DNA from: an uncultured Hyphomicrobiales bacterium
GTDB lineage: Bacteria; Pseudomonadota; Alphaproteobacteria; Rhizobiales; TMED25
Direction of reading: 5' to 3'
Assembly: GCA_905181735.1 (NCBI GenBank)
Contig: CAJIYR010000008.1
Span: 12,002-76,001 of the forward strand
Length of the DNA: 64,000 bases
Below the pieces are notes generated by a model, which did not search any database, was not told where the DNA came from, and worked only from the letters and a program-made list of their open reading frames with translations. Positions within the stretch are counted from its first letter, which is position 1. The number at the start of each line of letters is the position of its first letter. Position numbers and translations under genes: made by a program. Positions 1 through 7,944 of this stretch are shown piece by piece.

Positions 1-680
1 ATAAAATGTGGGCCCCTCAAATGGACTTACTAAATAAACATTTTAAAGTTTTAAGATACGATACCTTAGGCCACGGCGAGAGTGATGCGCCAAAAGGACC
101 TTATACATTTAACCAGTTGGAACAGGATGTTGTAAACTTAATGGATGCATTGAGTATTTTAAGAGCTAATTTTCTTGGGTTATCAATTGGAGGCATGATT
201 GGCCTTGGTCTTGCTATAAATTACCCTAACAGAATCAATAAACTAATATGTGCTGATGCGAGAGCTGAAGCTACGGAAGGTTTTGTAAAACTATGGGAAG
301 AGCGGGATATTGCGATGCAATATAATGGTGTCAAATCAATATGGGAAGGCACAAAAAAAAGATGGTTCTATAATCAGAATCTAGATTCAATAGAAACTTT
401 TGAAAAAGAATTTTGCAATACTTCAATAAATGGACTAAGCGGATGTGGAGCAGCTTTGAAAGAACTAGATTATAAAAAATATCTTGGAAAGATAAAAAGC
501 AAAACACTATATATTGGAGGATCGAATGATGCAGGTGCTCCAGCTGATATTATGGAAGAAATGTCTAATTTAACACCAAAGTCAATGCACATTGCAATAG
601 AAAGATCTTCTCATATAGCCAATGTAGATAACCCTATAGAGTTCAATAAAGCGATATCAGAATTTCTAGAGATAAATTAA
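1..680 (+). CDS. alpha/beta-fold hydrolase, 3-oxoadipate enol-lactonase-like (5' end cut by window edge)
   Basis: The frame of ORF 6..680 is open back to base 3. It has the nucleophile-elbow motif GLSIGG and a YDTLGHGESD pattern typical of PcaD-type hydrolases. The visible 224 aa is roughly 35 aa short of the family norm. Confidence 0.6.
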   Translation, partial: KMWAPQMDLLNKHFKVLRYDTLGHGESDAPKGPYTFNQLEQDVVNLMDALSILRANFLGLSIGGMIGLGLAINYPNRINKLICADARAEATEGFVKLWEERDIAMQYNGVKSIWEGTKKRWFYNQNLDSIETFEKEFCNTSINGLSGCGAALKELDYKKYLGKIKSKTLYIGGSNDAGAPADIMEEMSNLTPKSMHIAIERSSHIANVDNPIEFNKAISEFLEIN

Positions 681-1738
681 AGTATCTTATCTATACCTAA
701 ATTATCTGCAACACCATCAAGTGCTGCTTTCAAATTCTCATGCATAGGTACACCATTAGCCCTTCTTTCCTTCGCAACTTTATGAGACCTCTCACCCGGT
801 AATCTAATTTCATCAAATCCTGGTAATAATGGCGAACCTTTCATTTGCTTCCACACAGTATCAATGTTGCTTTTAAATACATCAACATCTGAAAATGCTT
901 CAATGTCTATTGCGATTATAAACTGTCCAGTATTAGTAAAACTGGTAACATCAGCATTAAAATCAACTACATTTTTTCCAAATGCAGCACCGTTTAAAGT
1001 TCCCGCTAATATACCCAACATTAATGCCAAACCATATCCTTTCGCGCCTCCAATAGGCAACAAGAAGCCTTCACCTGATTTAGATGGGTCCGTAAGAGGT
1101 TTACCTTCTTTATCAATCATCCAACCCTCTGGCATTTTCTCGCCTCTTTGTAACTTTTCTTTTACTTTTCCATATGCCGCAACAGTGGTTGCCATATCTA
1201 AAACAATAGGTGGCATAGCTTTACTTGGTATTGCAATTGCTATTGGATTTGTAGAAAGCAACATTTCTGTCCCTCCCCAAGGTGGAACATGATTCGCACT
1301 ACCCACTGCCACATATATACCAATCATATTATGTTCTAATGGCATTTTTGCGTAAATTGAAGCTGGACCAGCATGATTTGATGAATTCGCCCCCACCCAT
1401 GCAACTCCATTTTTCTTAGCTTTTTCTATAGCTATTTCAGCAGCTTTTTTCATAACTAAATGCCCCATACCATTATCTCCATCAATCAATGCCATTGCAT
1501 CTCTTTCTTTTGAAATAGTGATATTTGGTGTGGGGTTAATCCCTCCAGCAATGATTCTTTTTACATATGAAGGAAGTCTAAATATTCCATGGGCATCGCC
1601 ACCAATAACATCTGACTCCGTCATTAACTCAGCAACACTAGCTGCATTATCCGATGTCAAACCAGCCTTGACCAAAGCATTATATATAAAGCTATTGATT
1701 TTTTCAGCGCTAACTAAATTTAAATTATCTTGTGACAT
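677..1738 (-). CDS. Ldh2-family (malate/L-lactate/sulfolactate-type) NAD(P)H-dependent dehydrogenase
   Basis: 353 aa with motifs DAHGIFRLP, SNHAGPA and GGAKGYGLA, which I remember as characteristic of the Ldh_2 family. ATG start at 1738. Confidence 0.75.
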   Translation of the reverse strand: MSQDNLNLVSAEKINSFIYNALVKAGLTSDNAASVAELMTESDVIGGDAHGIFRLPSYVKRIIAGGINPTPNITISKERDAMALIDGDNGMGHLVMKKAAEIAIEKAKKNGVAWVGANSSNHAGPASIYAKMPLEHNMIGIYVAVGSANHVPPWGGTEMLLSTNPIAIAIPSKAMPPIVLDMATTVAAYGKVKEKLQRGEKMPEGWMIDKEGKPLTDPSKSGEGFLLPIGGAKGYGLALMLGILAGTLNGAAFGKNVVDFNADVTSFTNTGQFIIAIDIEAFSDVDVFKSNIDTVWKQMKGSPLLPGFDEIRLPGERSHKVAKERRANGVPMHENLKAALDGVADNLGIDKIL

Positions 1739-1865
1739 TTTTAATCCTCCGTTAAAAGAAATAGTATTTTAAAAAAACAAAACTAGCAAGATAGGTGTTT
1801 ATTACTGTACAACAAATATCAATTTCTAATGTAATTAAATAAATAGAATAAAAGAGGAAGATTAA

Positions 1866-2156
1866 ATGGTAGCATATTGGATCGCAAGAGCAAAAATTAA
1901 CGAACCTATTTCATATAAAAAATATATGGATGTTGCTGGAACTATTGTAGAGACATATGGAGGGCATTTTTTGACAAGAGGCGGCTCATATGAAATTATG
2001 GAAGGAACCAATCATTTTGATAGGTTTGTGATCGCAGAATTTCCAACAATTGAGGGTGCGAAAAGATGCTTCAACTCAACTGAGTATAAAAATGCTGCGT
2101 CAAATAGAAGGAATGGCGCTGGGGATGTGGATATCGTATTTGTAGAAAGCGTGTAA
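1866..2156 (+). CDS. DUF1330 domain protein
   Basis: 96 aa. The AYWIARAKI...FVIAEFPTIEGAKRCFNSTEY pattern and the size match the DUF1330 family from memory. Confidence 0.65.
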   Translation: MVAYWIARAKINEPISYKKYMDVAGTIVETYGGHFLTRGGSYEIMEGTNHFDRFVIAEFPTIEGAKRCFNSTEYKNAASNRRNGAGDVDIVFVESV

Positions 2157-2203
2157 ATTTAATATAATAAAAATAATAAATTATAAGAACGAAAGGAAAT
2201 AAT

Positions 2204-2611
2204 ATGAAAGCAACAGTTGTAAAATTTGAAGACCGCCCTAATTTCGATAGGGGTGATGGTGTTTCAACGGCATTACTTTTTGGAAAAGATAATGCAATAG
2301 GAACGGTATTTACATCAGGATTTACTACATTCCCAACTGGTAGAGCTGCGCCAATGCATAGCCATAATTGTTGTGAGCAGGTATTGATTATATCAGGTGA
2401 TGCAGAAGTTGAATGTGACGGAGTTAAAACAGTTCTCAAAGATATGGATACCTCTTTCATTCCAGCGAACATTCCTCATAGATTTAATAATATTGGGACG
2501 ACACCTCTAACTATACTTTGGATTTATGGAGAAACAAATGTAACTAGAACATTTACCGAAACTGGTGAAACTGTTCAACATTTATCTTCTGGAGATAAAG
2601 TTACAAAATGA
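2204..2611 (+). CDS. cupin domain protein
   Basis: 135 aa with a two-motif cupin signature: PMHSHNCCEQVLIISGDAEVECDG, then IPANIPHRFNN. Its stop overlaps the next ATG (ATGA at 2608-2611). Confidence 0.7.
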   Translation: MKATVVKFEDRPNFDRGDGVSTALLFGKDNAIGTVFTSGFTTFPTGRAAPMHSHNCCEQVLIISGDAEVECDGVKTVLKDMDTSFIPANIPHRFNNIGTTPLTILWIYGETNVTRTFTETGETVQHLSSGDKVTK

Positions 2612-3513
2612 CCAAATTGCAGAAAAATAATGTTGCCGTCATTGGTCTCGGTCAAATGGGTTCAGGGATTGCAAAAAATATTGATAACGCAGGTTTCCTG
2701 AGAGCTGTAGTAGATAACAATAAGAACGCAATTTCTACTTATGATTCACGGAAAAATATCTTAGTAAATAATAATATTGATATGTGTAATTCTTGTGATG
2801 TGCTTATCTTTGTTGTTCCGAGTACAAAGCAGATATCAGAAATTATATTCGACCAAGGCGGTATAATTAGCAACCTAAAAGAAGGAACCGTTATCGTTGA
2901 CTTAACAACCTCAGATCCAAAAGAAAGCTCAATATTGTCAAAAAAATGCGAAGAGCATAAAATATCCTACTTAGATTGCGGAATGACTGGTGGCGCTACA
3001 GGAGCCGACAATGGAACTTTAACGCTAATGATTGGTGGAAAGATCGAAGAATTAAATGAAGTAAGTCCTATCCTTGAATCATTTACAAATAAATTATTTC
3101 ACGTAGGAAAATCAGGATCAGGACACGCTCTAAAACTTCTTCATAACATGGTAACTCATACTATATTCTTTTCTAACGTTGAGGCTGTAAGAGCTGCAAA
3201 AGAATTTGAAATCAGTCCAGAGAAAGTGATAGAAGTTTTTAATGCAGGTAATGCTAGAAGTTATATATCAGAATTTCGCTTTCCTATGAATGTATTTTCA
3301 GGCGAGTGGAATGCAAGGTCTAAAGTTTCAAATCTTCAGAAAGATTTAAAAATGGCTACTGATATCCTTAATGAAAAGAACATACCTAATCTATACGGGT
3401 CTTTAACATCAGACTTATTGGATCAAGCGATGGAAATAGGAATGGAGAATACTGACTTTTCTAAAATATATTTAGAGTATGAAAACTTAGTCAATCTCTA
3501 TAATAAAAAATAA
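2608..3513 (+). CDS. NAD(P)-dependent beta-hydroxyacid dehydrogenase (3-hydroxyisobutyrate dehydrogenase family)
   Basis: 301 aa with the N-terminal Rossmann motif GLGQMGSGIA and the GKSGSGHALKLLHNM region typical of the HIBADH/6PGDH-like family. Confidence 0.8.
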   Translation: MTKLQKNNVAVIGLGQMGSGIAKNIDNAGFLRAVVDNNKNAISTYDSRKNILVNNNIDMCNSCDVLIFVVPSTKQISEIIFDQGGIISNLKEGTVIVDLTTSDPKESSILSKKCEEHKISYLDCGMTGGATGADNGTLTLMIGGKIEELNEVSPILESFTNKLFHVGKSGSGHALKLLHNMVTHTIFFSNVEAVRAAKEFEISPEKVIEVFNAGNARSYISEFRFPMNVFSGEWNARSKVSNLQKDLKMATDILNEKNIPNLYGSLTSDLLDQAMEIGMENTDFSKIYLEYENLVNLYNKK

Positions 3514-3518
3514 TACTA

Positions 3519-4415
3519 TTATTTATTCTTTATTTTTTTTCTATCAAGATTAGTTGCCTTTTCCATGACCTTGCAAACTGCAGATTGATCTAAATCATAT
3601 AATCCATAGGCAATTGCAGTGTGGTAACTTTGCATTGCAGTTTGATATAATGGTATAGGACAATTCATATCTATAGCATGGTCTGCTATAATTTTTGAAT
3701 CTTTCATAGGAGTTGAGAAATTCATACCTTCTCTTTCATAATCATCATCAACCATAAGTTTTCCTCGGATCTCAAAAACACGAGAACTAGAAAATGATCC
3801 AGAAATTGTTTTATGAAATAATTCTGGATCTAGCCCTGATTTCATTGCCAATACAATTGCTTCCGCCGCAACAGCATTGTGGACAAGATTTAGAATATTT
3901 CCACACATCTTTGTCTTAATACCAGCGCCGAATTCTCCAACATAATGTGTTTCTCTACAAAAAGATTGAAGTATAAAGTTAATTTTAGAAAAAGTTTCTT
4001 CACTACCAGAACAGAATGCCGTCAATTCTGAAGCTAATGCCGCTATCCTATTTCCACTAACAGGACAATCTAACATTTCAATATCAGAACCTTTTAAACG
4101 ATCCTTCGCTCTTAGCTTATCTTTCAAAGATAGCGTAGAAATTTCTATTACTAGTGGATTAGAGATTGATGTAGCTATCTCTTCTACAACAGATTCTAAG
4201 GCATTCGTACTTGGAAGACATGTTATAACAATATCAGATTTCTTACATAATTCTGTTATTGAATCCATTCCAATGATATTGTCGTTTGTTATAGAATTAA
4301 CTTTATCACGATCTATATCGTTAACTAAGAGTTGAACCCCAGATTTCAATATATTAGGAGCAATCGCTGAACCTAAGACACCAAGACCAATCATACCAAC
4401 ACTATTTATTTTCAT
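3519..4415 (-). CDS. NAD(P)-dependent beta-hydroxyacid dehydrogenase (3-hydroxyisobutyrate dehydrogenase / tartronate-semialdehyde reductase family)
   Basis: 298 aa with motifs GLGVLGSAIA and GEFGAGIKTKMCGNIL. It is a second paralog, convergent with the first. Confidence 0.75.
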   Translation of the reverse strand: MKINSVGMIGLGVLGSAIAPNILKSGVQLLVNDIDRDKVNSITNDNIIGMDSITELCKKSDIVITCLPSTNALESVVEEIATSISNPLVIEISTLSLKDKLRAKDRLKGSDIEMLDCPVSGNRIAALASELTAFCSGSEETFSKINFILQSFCRETHYVGEFGAGIKTKMCGNILNLVHNAVAAEAIVLAMKSGLDPELFHKTISGSFSSSRVFEIRGKLMVDDDYEREGMNFSTPMKDSKIIADHAIDMNCPIPLYQTAMQSYHTAIAYGLYDLDQSAVCKVMEKATNLDRKKIKNK

Positions 4416-4511
4416 CTTATTTATCCTTGAACTAAAAATTAAAAATTCTTTTACATATAACTTTTATATGTTTAATAATTATACGAAAGTTTAAGTAAGA
4501 GGAACAAGTAA

Positions 4512-5444
4512 TTGAAAAAAATATCTATCTATTGGGCAGGCTATCATCCCGAGACTTCAATTCAAGCCCAAACAATACATTACATTAAGCAAGAATTTTT
4601 AAAATTATATGATACTGACATTATTTTTAAATTTGATACAGATATCGGTACATTAGGATACAAAGCCATCGACTTGTTGAAACTAGTCGAAAATGGCGAT
4701 ATTGATTGTTGTTATTTTTATTCAAGCTATTTAACCGAAAGAATACCTGATTTAAATATATTTGAATTACCTTTTCAAATAGAATCTAGAAATAGTATTT
4801 ATTCACTATTAGATGGAGATTTAGGTGAATATTTAGCGAAGAGTATTAACGATAATACAGGATATAAATTAATAGGATGGTGGGATAATGGTATCAGACA
4901 TTTATCTAATAATACCCGCGAAATAAACAATATTGATGACTGTAGAGATCTAGTTTTAAGAATAGCAAAAAATGATATTCATAGAATTGCTTTCAATGGA
5001 ATGGGCTTTAAAACAAAATTTGTCGACGTTAAAGATTTACCTAATGCGATAAGCAATAAAGAGATTGACGCACAAGAAAATCCTCTTACCAATATTATAA
5101 ATTATGGAATTGAGGATTATCACAAACATATAACGATGACATCGCATCTTTACGGAAATTCTGTTGTTCTAGCAAATAATGATACTTACTATAAATGGCC
5201 GCTAGATTTTCGAAGAAATTTAGCTAAAGTTATAAAAAAATCAACAAACCTTCAAAGAAGCTTAGCAATAAGTGAAGACAAAAGATGCCTAGATTATCTA
5301 ATTAATAAAGGAACCAATATCACATATCTTAACGATAAAAATACCCTCGCATTTAAAAAAATATCTCAGGAGCTAATCGAAAAAACAATAAAAACCTTCA
5401 GCCCGAATGTTATTGGTCAATTCAATAAACTAAATAAGGTTTAG
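4512..5444 (+). CDS. DctP-family (TRAP-type) solute-binding protein homolog lacking a signal peptide
   Basis: 310 aa with DctP-like motifs FELPF, WDNGIRHLS, LVLRIA and DAQENPL. TTG start at 4512 lies 8 nt after the Shine-Dalgarno sequence AAGAGGA (4497-4503). There is no hydrophobic leader, and no dctQ/dctM is in the window. Confidence 0.65.
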   Translation: MKKISIYWAGYHPETSIQAQTIHYIKQEFLKLYDTDIIFKFDTDIGTLGYKAIDLLKLVENGDIDCCYFYSSYLTERIPDLNIFELPFQIESRNSIYSLLDGDLGEYLAKSINDNTGYKLIGWWDNGIRHLSNNTREINNIDDCRDLVLRIAKNDIHRIAFNGMGFKTKFVDVKDLPNAISNKEIDAQENPLTNIINYGIEDYHKHITMTSHLYGNSVVLANNDTYYKWPLDFRRNLAKVIKKSTNLQRSLAISEDKRCLDYLINKGTNITYLNDKNTLAFKKISQELIEKTIKTFSPNVIGQFNKLNKV

Positions 5445-6547
5445 AACATATCGCTAAGTTTTTCAGGTAAAATTATTTCTTTACCTTCCTTAGCAGATAA
5501 ATCCATTGCCATTGTTAACATCAGATTACGGTGTCCATCTTTTCCAGTTGCATGAGGTGTCTGCTGATTATTGCAAAGGCGAGAAAACCATGTAATAGTC
5601 TCATCTCTCATTGGACCCCAGAATTGCCCTCCTTGAATATCACCGGCAGGGTAGCTTCCTAGGAAATCAACATGCCTTGCATGCGGTGGAGCATAGTCTC
5701 TTGATGTATAACCTGCGCCTTGAGCAATATTAGATGCAAGGATTAAATCTCTATGCGTATCTTCAATATCAATTACCCCTTCTGTTCCTACAATACCAAT
5801 TTCTAGACCGTAAACTGATCCTGGCCATACTTCAGGCAATGCCCAAGAAATATTCATACTCCATATTGTATCGTCATCCATTGTAAAAATACCAAAAGTT
5901 GAATCCTTAGTTCCATATTGAGTTAAAACATTTTCAACAGACTTTGCGTAAACGCTTACAGGATTCTTTCCTTCCATCAACCACATTGACATATCAAGGC
6001 TATGCGTACCCGAAACAACCATTGGTGTTAGATTGGCTCTATCATTTGTTTTTTGTATAGTTGCAATGGGAACCATCTTATTCATAAAAGCTCTTGTGAC
6101 CACAGAATGCACGTGACCGATCTGACCTGTTGTTAACCTTTCTTTTACAGCCAAAAATCTTCTTCTAAATCTATTGGTATAGCCCATAACACAGTCAATT
6201 CCAGCATCTTCAATAGCATCAATTAACATTTGTGATTCTTTAGCTCTTGTCGCTAAAGGCTTTTCAATAAAAAGAGAGTGGCCCTGCTCTATTGCACATA
6301 AAGTTGGCTCAACATGAGCATTTTCATCCGTTGCAATAATAACAGCAGTAACTTCAGGTCTGCGAATTAATTCGTTAAAATCTGTTGTATAAAAATCAGC
6401 ATTACAATCATCAGCTAATTTTTCTACTGCATCTTTTCTTATATCACAGAGCCCTAACCATTTAACTCCAGGATAATCTCTAGCGAGTTCGGCTCTAATT
6501 CTACCAATAGTACCGCAACCTACAACCGCTAATCCAACTTCATTCAT
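5441..6547 (-). CDS. Gfo/Idh/MocA family oxidoreductase
   Basis: 368 aa with the N-terminal Rossmann motif VVGCGTIGRIRA and the EKPLA motif. Confidence 0.8.
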   Translation of the reverse strand: MNEVGLAVVGCGTIGRIRAELARDYPGVKWLGLCDIRKDAVEKLADDCNADFYTTDFNELIRRPEVTAVIIATDENAHVEPTLCAIEQGHSLFIEKPLATRAKESQMLIDAIEDAGIDCVMGYTNRFRRRFLAVKERLTTGQIGHVHSVVTRAFMNKMVPIATIQKTNDRANLTPMVVSGTHSLDMSMWLMEGKNPVSVYAKSVENVLTQYGTKDSTFGIFTMDDDTIWSMNISWALPEVWPGSVYGLEIGIVGTEGVIDIEDTHRDLILASNIAQGAGYTSRDYAPPHARHVDFLGSYPAGDIQGGQFWGPMRDETITWFSRLCNNQQTPHATGKDGHRNLMLTMAMDLSAKEGKEIILPEKLSDMF

Positions 6548-6549
6548 TT

Positions 6550-7608
6550 TTATTCTCCTTTGTCAGCCAACGGATCCATATTCATTGGCATTGATATTGG
6601 TTCGCCTCTTTCGGCAGATAAATCTGCTGCCAAATAAACTTCCATAACTTTACGAGCTTCTCTCGCTTGAACAATAGTAGGTCGATCAAATAATACGCAT
6701 TCAAGGAAATTATTTGTTTCTTCCGCCATTGGGCCAGCAAAAACATGTCCAACAGGCTCTCCAGGCATCGAAGACATTGGATACTCTATCCCTCTTTTTT
6801 CTGTCATTAAGGTAACATCACTATGGGTATCATCAATAATTACCGCGCCTTCAGAACCAATGAATTCCATCTTAGTGGAAGAATAGTTTGGATAACTTGA
6901 AGGCAAAACCCATCCAGCTCCTACTGTTATCACGGTTCCATCGTCTAACGTAACCATAATAAATTGACAATCCGGTGAATTAGAACTCTTAATCAGAACC
7001 TTTTCAACTTGCTGAGAATAAACTCTTATTGGTTTTCTTGGTGCCAAACACCAAAGCGCAAAATCCAAATCATGAGTAGCCTCCATAGCTGCCGGGGACA
7101 ATCGAGTTCTACTAACTATTCTTTTTGATAACTGCTGGGTAATATTTCTAGAAATCAAGACACTGACAGGTTCGCCAATAGTTCCGTCCAATAACTTCTG
7201 TCTAGCGTAATTATATTTAGACCTAAATCTTTGTGAATATCCTATTTGAAATTTTAATTTTTTATCCTCTGATATTTTAATTAACTCATCTGCTTCTAGC
7301 AATGTTCTTGCAATCGGCTTCTCTAAGAGAACATGCTTTCCTGCCATGAGAGCTTCTTTTGCCATTGGAAAATGAAGGTTTTCTGGAGTGGTTGATATTA
7401 TAACAGCATGAATATCTTTATTTTCAATAATTTCTCTGTAGTCAGTAGTTGATGATGTAGGATTTGTAAGGTCAATAATCTCCTTTAATCTATCTTCTTT
7501 AATTTCCGCTACATGTAATTCTTCAACTATAGCACTTTTTGCACAAGTTTCAGCTCTTATACCCCCGCACCAACCAGTACCAATAACACCTACATTTAAT
7601 TTATCCAT
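6550..7608 (-). CDS. Gfo/Idh/MocA family oxidoreductase
   Basis: 352 aa with motifs VIGTGWCGGIRA and EKPIA. It lies 2 nt from the downstream paralog. Confidence 0.8.
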   Translation of the reverse strand: MDKLNVGVIGTGWCGGIRAETCAKSAIVEELHVAEIKEDRLKEIIDLTNPTSSTTDYREIIENKDIHAVIISTTPENLHFPMAKEALMAGKHVLLEKPIARTLLEADELIKISEDKKLKFQIGYSQRFRSKYNYARQKLLDGTIGEPVSVLISRNITQQLSKRIVSRTRLSPAAMEATHDLDFALWCLAPRKPIRVYSQQVEKVLIKSSNSPDCQFIMVTLDDGTVITVGAGWVLPSSYPNYSSTKMEFIGSEGAVIIDDTHSDVTLMTEKRGIEYPMSSMPGEPVGHVFAGPMAEETNNFLECVLFDRPTIVQAREARKVMEVYLAADLSAERGEPISMPMNMDPLADKGE

Positions 7609-7944
7609 CCCTAATGTTCCCTATTTTATAAATTACTTGTTTATATTTTTATATATTAAAAAGCCCCAACATGTCTATACTTGTAGAATTTTTAATTTAA
7701 AAATCATATCTATATTTAGTATTAAATTTTTCTCCGTTAAAGTATATTGAGTTTATAATGAAATATCCAACACTTAAATCAATAAAAATAATTTAACTAT
7801 TGTAATTATTTTCCTTATAATTATATCTTAATTAATATATATATATAACTATAAAATAGATGAATATTTATCATCGTTTTATTAATTATTTTTTGATTTT
7901 TTAATATACAAAATATAAGAAGTGTTCTATTAGATTAATTTAAA

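Noticed and set aside
864-1292. Long ORFs antisense to well-supported genes. Examples are 864..1292, 2071..2472, 14580..14960, 16066..16368, 29959..30444, 33516..34034, 40925..41257, 53757..54131 and 55007..55405.
   Set aside because: Each lies fully inside a gene on the opposite strand that has clear family motifs. Their translations are low-complexity and hydrophobic with no recognisable motifs, as expected for shadow ORFs in AT-rich DNA.
2204-2611. The small cupin considered as a DddK/DddQ-like DMSP lyase, given the marine-looking context.
   Set aside because: Only the generic cupin HxHxxxxE...H signature is present (HSHNCCEQV). The Tyr that follows the Glu in Ddd-type lyases (from memory, E-x-Y) is missing. 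No other DMSP-related gene is nearby.
7835-7847. An (AT)n dinucleotide run, and the AT-rich spacers generally, considered as repeat or CRISPR-like elements.
   Set aside because: It is a single short simple repeat with no repeat-spacer periodicity, and no cas genes are in the window.
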